27,665 bases of DNA from a bacterium (lineage in GTDB: Bacteria; Hinthialibacterota; Hinthialibacteria; Hinthialibacterales; Hinthialibacteraceae): NCBI GenBank assembly GCA_041946805.1, contig JBHGBC010000078.1, forward strand, positions 1 to 27,665, in the 5' to 3' direction. Below, one piece after another: positions 17,138 through 25,937 of this stretch. The position numbers were made by a program, and so were the translations under genes. The notes under the pieces were generated by a model. The model had not been told where the DNA came from, ran no database searches, and saw only the letters and a program-made list of their open reading frames with translations. Position 1 is the first letter of the stretch. Every line of letters begins with the position of its first letter.

Positions 17138-18055
17138 ATGTCCCCATCCCAGTCTACCAAGTTCGGTCCCAAAGGATTGTTCGGCTCGTACGGCGCGGGG
17201 ATCGGCGCTCCCTTGGAGTTGGCGGTCGAAGCGCCGGGCGTGGAGTGTTTTCAGCTGCATGTCCCCGAGGAAAAGGATTTAACCCCGGCGTGGGCCCAGC
17301 GGGTGAAGGAGTTGATCGCCCCGCGGGGTATTCAGATCGCGCGGTTCGTCATCGGCTATTCGGGACCGGAGGGCGATCAATACGACAGCCCGCAGCGGGT
17401 GCTGGAGACGGTAGGTTTTGGGGTTCCAGATCACCAAAAACGGAAAGCCCGGCTGGAATTGACCAAGAAGTACATTCAGTTCGGCCATGAACAATTGGGG
17501 GTGAAGGATTTCAACGCGCACCTGGGGCATGTCGATCCCCGCAACGAGTTTTTCGGGCCGATGGTGGAGGCGGTGCAGGAGTGCTGCGACCTCACGGCGT
17601 CATGGGGCGGGCATTACGATGTGGAGACCGGGCCGGAGACGTTCGAGGCCCTGCACGCCTTCATGAAAAAGGTGAACCGTCCCGGCGTGTTCCGGGTCAA
17701 CCTGGACCTGGCCAACATCGTGCTCTATCACGGAGAGTGGGAGCCCATCACGTTTCTGCGGAAACTGCTCGGCGCGGGACTCGAAATCGGCGGGGTGCAT
17801 CTCAAGGACGCGATTCCCACGACGTGCAAGCCTTCCCTGAGGCAGTGGAACGGGGAGGAGGTGCATCCCGGCCAGGGCATGGTCAATTTCCCGCTGTTGC
17901 TGAAGACTCTCTTCGAGAGCGGGTACCGGGACGCCATCGTGGTGGAACGCGAAGTGCTGGGCGAGAACGGGCTGCAGAAGGTGCGGCGCATGGCCGAGAC
18001 CCTCACCTGGGTGTACAACCTGTGCCGGGACATCGAGAAGGCGTTCGCGGCCTAG
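17138..18055 (+). CDS. Sugar phosphate isomerase/epimerase (xylose isomerase-like TIM barrel)
   Basis: ETGPE, NLDLAN, HLKD, PGQGMVNF and VERE metal-binding motifs. GGAGA RBS. Confidence 0.88.
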   Translation: MSPSQSTKFGPKGLFGSYGAGIGAPLELAVEAPGVECFQLHVPEEKDLTPAWAQRVKELIAPRGIQIARFVIGYSGPEGDQYDSPQRVLETVGFGVPDHQKRKARLELTKKYIQFGHEQLGVKDFNAHLGHVDPRNEFFGPMVEAVQECCDLTASWGGHYDVETGPETFEALHAFMKKVNRPGVFRVNLDLANIVLYHGEWEPITFLRKLLGAGLEIGGVHLKDAIPTTCKPSLRQWNGEEVHPGQGMVNFPLLLKTLFESGYRDAIVVEREVLGENGLQKVRRMAETLTWVYNLCRDIEKAFAA

Positions 18056-18058
18056 TTA

Positions 18059-18258
18059 CCCCAGGGTTGAAACCCTGGGCTTCTATTCGGCGGCCCCTTG
18101 AAAGGGGCGCCAGGGAGAAATGAGGTTCATGGTAAGGCGCAGGCAAGATGCCTGCATCACCAGGGGTTTACCCTCACCCTGGCCCTCTCCCAGAGGGAGA
18201 GGGAAGGCCTTATGCCCAGGGTTGAAACCCTGGGCTAGTGGAAAAGCGCCGTTGGCAC
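18059..18258 (+). repeat. Mosaic REP cluster
   Basis: Two CCCAGGGTTGAAACCCTGGGC hairpins (18060, 18215), GCCCCTTGAAAGGGGC, GCAGGCAAGATGCCTGC and a CCCTC hairpin (18171-18203). Confidence 0.8.
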
Positions 18259-18545
18259 GGGCACGGCCATCCCGCAATTCAGTAACTCATACATGACAAA
18301 AACTCTACAGAATCCAGTAAACAGTTGCGCCGAATGAATTGAAAACATTTACCCCATCAATCCGAACAACTTCCTGAGCAGGTCAGCAGCGTATTCGCTT
18401 CCACGAGGCCGTCCCGCACGGAATGGCGGTGGGGGCATTCCTGGTTGCAATACTCCGCGGGCAATCCAGGCAAGGGAGAGCCCGGCGGCCGCGGTCCCCT
18501 CCATGCCCCTGGAGAATCAACCAGGATGTCGGCCATAATCCCGAC

Positions 18546-20978
18546 ATGGAGAAGCAACCCAACATAAACAAGGAAATTTCGGAATCACGGCAGGCGGCAG
18601 GGAATCCGCCGGAGTTCGCGCCGTTGGCAGGATGGCACAAGGCGGCTTGGGCCGCGATATGCATCGGGGCGTTGCTCACCCAGCTGTGGCGCTTCACGGA
18701 TCCCTACGGGCTGGCGTATGAAACGGGATTCCAGGAACGGATCGCGCGCCGCCATCTCGATCCGGGCTTGTCCGTCACACGCGGACTATCCACCATCAAC
18801 CACCTGGGGCCGGAACCGACCTTTCACCCCACCCATCCGCCGTTGCTGCAGTGGATCTTGGCGGGACTCTATGCCGTGCTCGGCGATTCCGAAGCCACCG
18901 CCCGGCTCGTTCCCCTGACCAGTTTCCTGCTGCTCCTATTGGGAATCTGGCGGTTGACCCACGGTTATATATCGCCCCGCGCCCGGTTGTTGGCCCTGGC
19001 GGCGGCGTGGTTGTGCCCGCTTTCGTTTTACGCCGGGCGGATCGTGAATTTCGAACCGCCGGTGATGGCCTGCATTGTTTGGACGATGGTATGGATTGAA
19101 TCCCTGAACCGTCAACCATCCTGCCGGGCCTGGATCGGCCTTCTGGCGGTGGGAGCCGTGGGAACGCTGATCGACTGGCCGTATTCCTTGTTCGTGCTGT
19201 GCCTCTTCCTGCTGTCGTTTTTCCGGGAGGACCGGAATCATTCATATAAAAAGGCCGTAAGGAGTTTATTCGTTCTCTCGATGGGGCTTTCCATCCTGTA
19301 TGTCCTGTATGTCTGGGGCGCGGGCGCGATGCCGACCCTATTGCATCACGCCAAGGTGCAGACGGGAGCCTACTCGGTGGAAAGCGGCTACCAGCTGCCA
19401 CCGTTCCTGGTCAGCCCGTTGTGGTGGTGGTCGTTGTTGCTCCGCGCGGGAACCCATGGGACGCCGGTTTTGTTGGGACTGCTGGCGGGCTGGCTGGTTT
19501 TGGTGGCGCGAAAACGGCGGTGGCGGGCCGGGCTGGCGCACGGGAGCCTCGTTTTGAGCGTGTTTTGCATGGCCTACCTGGCCCTGTTCGCGCGGGCTTC
19601 GCATCACCATGTCTGGTGCCTCTTTTACCTGGCCCCGTTGATGAGCCTTGCGTTCGGCCTGGTGGCGGAACGCCTGCGGCCGGTCACCGGCTATGCCCTC
19701 CTGGCGGGCGTGGTGGCGTTTGCCGTCCCGATGAATTATGAATTCCGCGCCAAGCAACCCTTGCATTCCATCGTGCAATACGGCCGGGTGATCGCGGCGG
19801 CCACGGCTTGTCTGCCCCCGGAAATCCGTCATCCCCTTGCGGGTCCGTTGCTCTACGTCAACCGGGTCGATCCCTTGCCGTATTACGCGGGGTGCGAAAC
19901 CGCCTTTTCGCACATGTCGGTGGAGGTCGCCGCGCCGGACAAGTTCCTCATCCGCCACCGGCCCGAATTCGTGGCTCTGACCGGCTATACCGCGCGATCG
20001 TCCATCACGGTGACGCCCGAATACCCCCCCGGCTTGTTCGAGCGGCTGGACAAGTCCTATACCCTCGTCTATCAGGAAGCCAACACGGAGCAATGGGAAT
20101 CGTTTTGGTCGCCCCATCTCTCGCTCATGGGCCTGATTCGCGGGCCCGGGGGGAGGAAGCCGGAGATTGCCCTGATCGAGGACACCGTGAGCGTCCATGC
20201 CGGCGCGCGGTTGGATCCCGGGCCGAACGCCCTGTCGATCGGCCTCAAGCGGATCCCCAAGCCCGGCCGCCGCTGGCTGCACGGCTGGGTGATCGGACCT
20301 GGATCGCCCGCGCTCGATCCCATCCCCGTCACCGTCCAGAACGGCGCGGGGAGAGCCTTGGGAACCCTGCAGGTCATTCCGCAGCCGCCTCAGCCCCGGT
20401 GGCAGGAATTCTGGCTGTATATCGGAGATCTGCCGGACTACATCCATTTTTCCTGGGACAAGGCCCGGCTGTTGTGGGGCGATCTGCGGCTGTATTCGGA
20501 AACCCTGTGGGCCACGGATTTGACCCAGATGCTCGCCGGGGAAATCCGGCGGCGGCTCGGCCCCAAGGCGTACCGGGAAATCCTGAGCCCCGGGGCCGCC
20601 GGAACCGCCATCCTCCAGCATCCCGGATTCGGCGTGGACAGCGTGGATCTGCCGCCCCTCCGCATGGGGTATAACCAGGACTTGCTCGTCTCTTACGGGA
20701 TGAATCCCGCCATTCAGGACAAAAGCGATGGCGTGGGTTTCAAACTCTACGCGCGGGATCACGCTCTAGGCAAGCGAACTTTGATACTGGATGATTTTCT
20801 GCATCCCGCCCAAAATCCCCAGGACCGGGGCTGGCGGACGAAGCGGATTCCCATGACGCCGCATTCCCGGCACGTGCTGACCTTTACCTTCGAGGTGAAT
20901 CCCGGCCCGGCGGGCAATTCCAACAGCGATCACGCCTTGTGGCGCGAGGCGCGGTTCGTCCCGCGGGGGGTGGAATGA
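18546..20978 (+). CDS. ArnT/PMT-like (GT-C) membrane glycosyltransferase with C-terminal extracytoplasmic beta domains
   Basis: HPPLLQWILAGLYAVLGDSEATARL motif, many TM helices and a soluble C-terminal half ending SDGVGF...NPGPAGNSNSDHALW. Start is uncertain. Confidence 0.75.
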   Translation: MEKQPNINKEISESRQAAGNPPEFAPLAGWHKAAWAAICIGALLTQLWRFTDPYGLAYETGFQERIARRHLDPGLSVTRGLSTINHLGPEPTFHPTHPPLLQWILAGLYAVLGDSEATARLVPLTSFLLLLLGIWRLTHGYISPRARLLALAAAWLCPLSFYAGRIVNFEPPVMACIVWTMVWIESLNRQPSCRAWIGLLAVGAVGTLIDWPYSLFVLCLFLLSFFREDRNHSYKKAVRSLFVLSMGLSILYVLYVWGAGAMPTLLHHAKVQTGAYSVESGYQLPPFLVSPLWWWSLLLRAGTHGTPVLLGLLAGWLVLVARKRRWRAGLAHGSLVLSVFCMAYLALFARASHHHVWCLFYLAPLMSLAFGLVAERLRPVTGYALLAGVVAFAVPMNYEFRAKQPLHSIVQYGRVIAAATACLPPEIRHPLAGPLLYVNRVDPLPYYAGCETAFSHMSVEVAAPDKFLIRHRPEFVALTGYTARSSITVTPEYPPGLFERLDKSYTLVYQEANTEQWESFWSPHLSLMGLIRGPGGRKPEIALIEDTVSVHAGARLDPGPNALSIGLKRIPKPGRRWLHGWVIGPGSPALDPIPVTVQNGAGRALGTLQVIPQPPQPRWQEFWLYIGDLPDYIHFSWDKARLLWGDLRLYSETLWATDLTQMLAGEIRRRLGPKAYREILSPGAAGTAILQHPGFGVDSVDLPPLRMGYNQDLLVSYGMNPAIQDKSDGVGFKLYARDHALGKRTLILDDFLHPAQNPQDRGWRTKRIPMTPHSRHVLTFTFEVNPGPAGNSNSDHALWREARFVPRGVE

Positions 20979-20989
20979 GCAAGTGTTTT

Positions 20990-21610
20990 TTACACGGCTG
21001 ATCCCAAAATCCCCCGCTCCCGCAAGATTTTGCGAAGATCCTCCACGGAATGAAACCGCACCGCCGGGATGCCCACGGCCCTTGCTCCGGCCACGTTGGG
21101 CTCCATGTCGTCGATGAACAGGCAATCCGCCGGATTCAGCTGGTAATGATCCAGCAAATATTGGTAGATGGCCGGTTCCGGTTTGGCCGTTTTCAAGGCA
21201 TACGAAACCACGACGCCCTCGAAGCGGTCCCAGAAGGTGAGCCGGGCGCGCAGATCTTCATACGACTCGCGGATGATGTTGGAGAGCACGTACAGCCGGT
21301 ATCCCGCCGCGCGCAGATCGTCCAATATCGCGACGGTTTCTTCTATCGGTTGAAACATGGAGAGCCAATGCTGGAAGAAAAGTTCCACCGCGTCACGTAA
21401 CGCGGGCTGGCGCTCGATGAAGATGGATTTGGCTTGTTCGACGCGGATTTTCCCCCGGTCGAGTTCCCGCCATTCCGGGCTTTTAATGATCAGTTCATAA
21501 CACTGATGGGCTCTTTCTCCATCGTTCAATAGATGGGTCAGAAATTCCATGGGATCGAAGGTGATCAAAACGTTTCCCAGGTCGAAAATGATGTTCCTCG
21601 GTTGGCGCAT
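20990..21610 (-). CDS. HAD family phosphatase
   Basis: IFDLGNV, LSN, KPEPAIY and FIDD..NV.GA motifs. ATG at 21610. Confidence 0.92.
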   Translation of the reverse strand: MRQPRNIIFDLGNVLITFDPMEFLTHLLNDGERAHQCYELIIKSPEWRELDRGKIRVEQAKSIFIERQPALRDAVELFFQHWLSMFQPIEETVAILDDLRAAGYRLYVLSNIIRESYEDLRARLTFWDRFEGVVVSYALKTAKPEPAIYQYLLDHYQLNPADCLFIDDMEPNVAGARAVGIPAVRFHSVEDLRKILRERGILGSAV

Positions 21611-21673
21611 GGTGACACTTTCCTGACAATCGGGTGAGTCGACCGGCATAAATTCCTCATCCCTCTGATTGTG

Positions 21674-21883
21674 GGTTCATCCGGCAAATGCGTACTTGGC
21701 GGTGAAAACAGTGTTCCATCTCCTCCCGGTTGCGGGTGGACACCCAGGTCCGCCCCTACCAAAATTCCCTCACCCTAGCCCTCTTCCAGAGGGAGAGGGG
21801 ATTGGGGGTGGATCTCTCAATCGAGCCCGGTTGGATACGGGACATGTTTTCATGACAATCGGTACGCAGTAACCGGATGAACC
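21674..21883 (+). mobile_element. MITE family A, complete (210 bp)
   Basis: TIRs GGTTCATCCGGCAAATGCGTAC / GTACGCAGTAACCGGATGAACC. 8-bp direct repeat TGATTGTG at 21666-21673 and 21884-21891. Confidence 0.92.
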
Positions 21884-22065
21884 TGATTGTGCCTGATTTG
21901 CCACAGGATGCGAGCCCCGCGGCGGTCAGGGAAGGAGATGCTGAATCCACCAATGGTGATAGGAATAATTGATAAAATTAGTATAATTATGAAGTTAAAA
22001 ATGTGGGTGACAATATCCCGTTTGTGAGTTATATTTTAGAAAAAATGAAATCGGGGGGGAGCGCC

Positions 22066-25041
22066 ATGCGGCACAATTCCATTTTGAAAGCGATCCTACT
22101 CGTTTCGCTCTTTGGTATAACCGCTTATCCGGCCGAGGATGTTGACCCGCAAAAACAATCGGCATGGTTGGAGGATTTTCCAGCTCAGGGCAGCCGGGGA
22201 AGCCTCGCCGAAACGCCCACGCATACGCCCACACCGTCCCCAAAACCGACAGCCAATCCCTGGCCGGTGTCCACTGTTTTGGTGCCCAATATCACCGCGC
22301 ATCACCAGTTGATTCTCGAAGATGAAGTCATCTACCTGAACGATTACATGAAAATGGCTTTTCATCCCAAGGACGGCTCCCTCTTTTTCTTCCAATATAC
22401 ACCGCAAAACACAACAATTCAGATTCGGGGGCCGTACCACCCATCGCAGGCGATAGCCAGGTTTCAGGATATCCCTATATATTATGAGAAAAAGAGCGAT
22501 GTATATTACAATGAGTCTCGAAATGGGATGGTCATTGCGGAGGATGGCACGATTTACATTGCCCTGAACAATCAATTACTGCAAATCCATTCGCCCCATG
22601 AAATCCAGATATACTCCACGGCGATTTTCAATGAAAACCCCAATGAAGACGATTTCTACTACGATCCGCTGGCCGATTGGTATATCGTGCGCCCGGGTGA
22701 TGTCATCCACGGCGCGCAGGCTGGCGACCTGTTGGCGGTGGCGCCCTTTACCTACCAGGGAATTCCCGGGATTCGTATCATGAACGTTCGGCTTTCCGAT
22801 GGGACTGTTCGCTTTGAAATCCTCGGCGAGTTGCATAAGGGGTATCGATACCGGGATATGACCGTGGGGCCGGACCGGCGGCTGTATTTTTTATTTACTC
22901 CCGGCTCGAATTCAACGATCATCCTCATGCGATGGGAAAGCAATGGTTCATTTACAGAAATATTACAAAAACATAGAGATCCCTTCAACTTTGTCAAACG
23001 CCTGGAATACTGGCCCGCGGATGATGCGTTTTATACTTTGATCGGTATGCAGAACTCAAGAAGACGATATCTTTACCGGATCGATCCTCGCACAGGGAAA
23101 CTCAATGTGATACTTTTTTCAAACATTGCTACTCCCCTTATTAGTGTTTCTCCCGCCGACGGCCGGTTGTTTTATTCCAATTACACCCAGGATCAACCCG
23201 CACGCCATTTTCTGGAATCCCTGACCTTGGATCGTCCCTTCCCGACTCCCACTCCCCCGTCGTCTGGTTCACCCTCCTTTCCCACCGCGCTGCCGGAGGA
23301 TTACCCCACGGTGACGCCCACGCCGACGTATACCGTCACACCGACCTTTACGCCCATACCAACCGTAGCGCCTCCAGCGGCTTTCTATCTGCTGCCGATT
23401 CACTGGCCTGAGATGCCCTTGGAGGATGATCGCCGGTATTCCGTCGAAGCGATCGATACCACCGCGCAATACATGGCCGTCCATCCGGTCACGGGAGACG
23501 TCGTCACATTAGGTATGACTTACATCGACAGAGATACCATTCGTATCCGCTTTGACGTGGTTCAACCGGCCCAAATCCAAATCGATATGGATCAATTCCC
23601 GCCCGAAAGCCTTCCTCATTTTGAATTCTATGGGCCTCTACAAATCCAGGATATGAAGATCGATTCCGAAGGACGGATTTACATCCTCGCGGATAAGGGA
23701 TTGGGCGAATACGATTTGCGGAACATCGAAGATCCGGACCGTTGGTTCCGCGTGCCGGAAAACGGGGATATCATCCTGGGGCGGCGGATTTTGATCGTGC
23801 CTGAAAACCACCGGATTCCCGGCGCCCAAGCGGGGGAAATCCTGCTGTTGCGCAACAAAATCAACCGGGATTGGAGGATCGAGCCAACCAATGAAGTGGT
23901 GAGAATCAATCCACGGGAAGAAACTCCCGCCCTGGTGCCTATACCCTTGTTGGATGATGAGTTGAAAGATCGCCCCTTCTTTGAGGACATGGCCATCGGG
24001 CCGGACGGGCATCTCTACTTCATAACCAATATTCCTAGCAAAATTCTGGTTCTCGGCCAGGATGGCGTATTACAAGAATATATCCACCGCGTTCTCCCCG
24101 GCCGAACCAAGAAATTTGTTTACCTCCCGGGTGAGAACGCTTTTTACCTCTTGCGCCATTACGACTGGATTGCTGAACTGGCCCGCGTGTCCGAAGACGG
24201 CTCCGAAATCGCTGTAGGGTTGGCGCGAAAACGGTTGGAGTGGAATCTCTGGCCGTCGCCGGATGGATCGGCGGTATATTTCCTGGAACCACCTAGAATC
24301 CACGCCCTCCATTATACCGGCCCCGCCGCCACCCCCACGCCCACGCCCGCCGGGCCGGTCCCGACGCCCACGCCGATCCACGCCTGGTTCGTCTTGGACG
24401 GCTTCGGGGGCATCCATTCCTCCAATCCGGAGGTCCGGCCGCCCGTGCTGCCGTATTTCGTGGGATTTGATATCGTGCGGGACATCGAACCGGATCCCCA
24501 CGGCCGCGGCTGGTACATGCTGGACGGCTACGGCGGGATTCACCGCTCGCCGGCCGATTTGCCCGCGCCGCCCGCAGTGCTGCCTTATTTCGGCTTCGAC
24601 ATCGCCCGCGACCTGGAGATCCAGGACAGCCCCGATGGATATAAGTTCTATCTGCTCGACGGCCTGGGAGCAGTGCACACCAACGACGCGGAATTCCAAT
24701 TCGGGTATCTTCCCTGGGCGCCGTACGACGTCATGCGCGCGTTGGAGCCGGATCCTCGCGGTGACGGCTGGTTGACGATGGACCACAGCGGTTACATTTA
24801 CTCCAGCGCCCGGCCCTGGATCGACTGCATTGGGTATCAAGCCACGTATTCGCTTTTTCCCACCATGCGGGGATTCGTGCGGTTTCCGGACGAGACGACG
24901 GTGATGATCGATTATTACGGCGGCCGCCACACCAATCCCTTTTACCCGGCGGTGGACGTGGTGAAAGGCCTGTCCGCCGATTTTTATTTCCCCGGTTGGG
25001 AGATCATCTGGGATGTGGAAGCCGTGCCGAAACCACAGTGA
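22066..25041 (+). CDS. Large secreted protein: two propeller-like modules, PT linkers and a C-terminal LDGxGGIH repeat domain
   Basis: Signal peptide and three Pro/Thr linkers. Internal duplication (GAQAGDLL/GAQAGEIL, DMTVGPDRRLYF/DMAIGPDGHLYF). C-terminal repeats LDG(F/Y)GGIH..LPYF.FDI.RD.E. Confidence 0.85.
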   Translation: MRHNSILKAILLVSLFGITAYPAEDVDPQKQSAWLEDFPAQGSRGSLAETPTHTPTPSPKPTANPWPVSTVLVPNITAHHQLILEDEVIYLNDYMKMAFHPKDGSLFFFQYTPQNTTIQIRGPYHPSQAIARFQDIPIYYEKKSDVYYNESRNGMVIAEDGTIYIALNNQLLQIHSPHEIQIYSTAIFNENPNEDDFYYDPLADWYIVRPGDVIHGAQAGDLLAVAPFTYQGIPGIRIMNVRLSDGTVRFEILGELHKGYRYRDMTVGPDRRLYFLFTPGSNSTIILMRWESNGSFTEILQKHRDPFNFVKRLEYWPADDAFYTLIGMQNSRRRYLYRIDPRTGKLNVILFSNIATPLISVSPADGRLFYSNYTQDQPARHFLESLTLDRPFPTPTPPSSGSPSFPTALPEDYPTVTPTPTYTVTPTFTPIPTVAPPAAFYLLPIHWPEMPLEDDRRYSVEAIDTTAQYMAVHPVTGDVVTLGMTYIDRDTIRIRFDVVQPAQIQIDMDQFPPESLPHFEFYGPLQIQDMKIDSEGRIYILADKGLGEYDLRNIEDPDRWFRVPENGDIILGRRILIVPENHRIPGAQAGEILLLRNKINRDWRIEPTNEVVRINPREETPALVPIPLLDDELKDRPFFEDMAIGPDGHLYFITNIPSKILVLGQDGVLQEYIHRVLPGRTKKFVYLPGENAFYLLRHYDWIAELARVSEDGSEIAVGLARKRLEWNLWPSPDGSAVYFLEPPRIHALHYTGPAATPTPTPAGPVPTPTPIHAWFVLDGFGGIHSSNPEVRPPVLPYFVGFDIVRDIEPDPHGRGWYMLDGYGGIHRSPADLPAPPAVLPYFGFDIARDLEIQDSPDGYKFYLLDGLGAVHTNDAEFQFGYLPWAPYDVMRALEPDPRGDGWLTMDHSGYIYSSARPWIDCIGYQATYSLFPTMRGFVRFPDETTVMIDYYGGRHTNPFYPAVDVVKGLSADFYFPGWEIIWDVEAVPKPQ

Positions 25042-25148
25042 AAAGAGGGGAATATTTTTCCATGCATACAGGTGTCGGCACAAAATATAATTGCAGACGG
25101 GACGCCCGCGCTACAACATATGGAACATTTCACTTTTTGCCGCCTCGT

Positions 25149-25410
25149 CTGTCTGTATGACACCCTTTCCGAACGGCCCTCACCCTGGCCCTCTCCTGGA
25201 GGGAGAGGGGTTTAACGATCGGGCGGACACCAAGGTCCGCCCCTACAAAAATACCCTCACCTTGGCCCTCTCCCGGAGGGAGAGGGAATTGTTCCTAATA
25301 TCGTCTTTTTTACCGGGCGTTGTCCCGGATTAGCTTCTGGCGCGCCGTTGGCGCTTGCCTCACAATACGGAATTCTGATGAAGTGCGTATTACGAAAACT
25401 CAACCGCACC
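25149..25410 (+). mobile_element. MITE family B, left-truncated copy
   Basis: Aligns to 14480-14895 minus the A insert and ends AAAACTCAACCGCACC-TAG. Carries an extra REP+hairpin unit. No left TIR is visible. Confidence 0.75.
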
Positions 25411-25922
25411 TAGGAAATCTCAAACGGACCAAGCGGAGGCAAAGGGGAAGGGGGAATGGAGAAGGGCCTTCCTACATCCGCGCGGTATTTGGTGAGAACC
25501 AAGCGGTTGCCGCGTTCGGCCTCGTGGAAGTAATGCACTTCATCCATGCAGGTTTTGATGATCTGCAGACCGTATCCCCGCGGGCGGGTGCGGTCGGTTC
25601 CGTCATGAAACGGCACGGCCTTTTCAAAATGGTCCGCGAAATTCCGGCCGCGGTCGAGGACGGCGATCTTCAGGCCCTGCTCCAGGATGGTGATCTCGAT
25701 CCGCACTCCGCCGGCCGCCGCTTCGCCTTCCGTTTCCTGCATGGCGGCGATGGAATTGGAGCAGGCCTCATCGACGGAGAGTTCGAGTTGGAGAGCCTCG
25801 GTCTCGTTGAAGCCCATCGCCTCCGCGATCAGGCCGATCATCATCCGGACGACGGCCAGATTCGCCGGGTGCGGGGGCACTTCCAGAGTGAGGTCCGGTT
25901 GTGTATGGCGTGTTTCGTCCAT
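25410..25922 (-). CDS. Anti-sigma factor Ser/Thr kinase (RsbW-like, HATPase_c_2)
   Basis: LELSVDEACSNSI, VLDRG and RGYGLQIIKTCMDEV motifs. Confidence 0.88.
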   Translation of the reverse strand: MDETRHTQPDLTLEVPPHPANLAVVRMMIGLIAEAMGFNETEALQLELSVDEACSNSIAAMQETEGEAAAGGVRIEITILEQGLKIAVLDRGRNFADHFEKAVPFHDGTDRTRPRGYGLQIIKTCMDEVHYFHEAERGNRLVLTKYRADVGRPFSIPPSPLPPLGPFEIS

Positions 25923-25937
25923 GCCCAATATACCCGC

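Noticed and set aside
11920..21883. MITE A variable segments as guides or spacers matching their own target sites
   Set aside because: Only short, chance-level matches to the TSDs (e.g. ACAATC in the 21674 copy) and no consistent position across copies.
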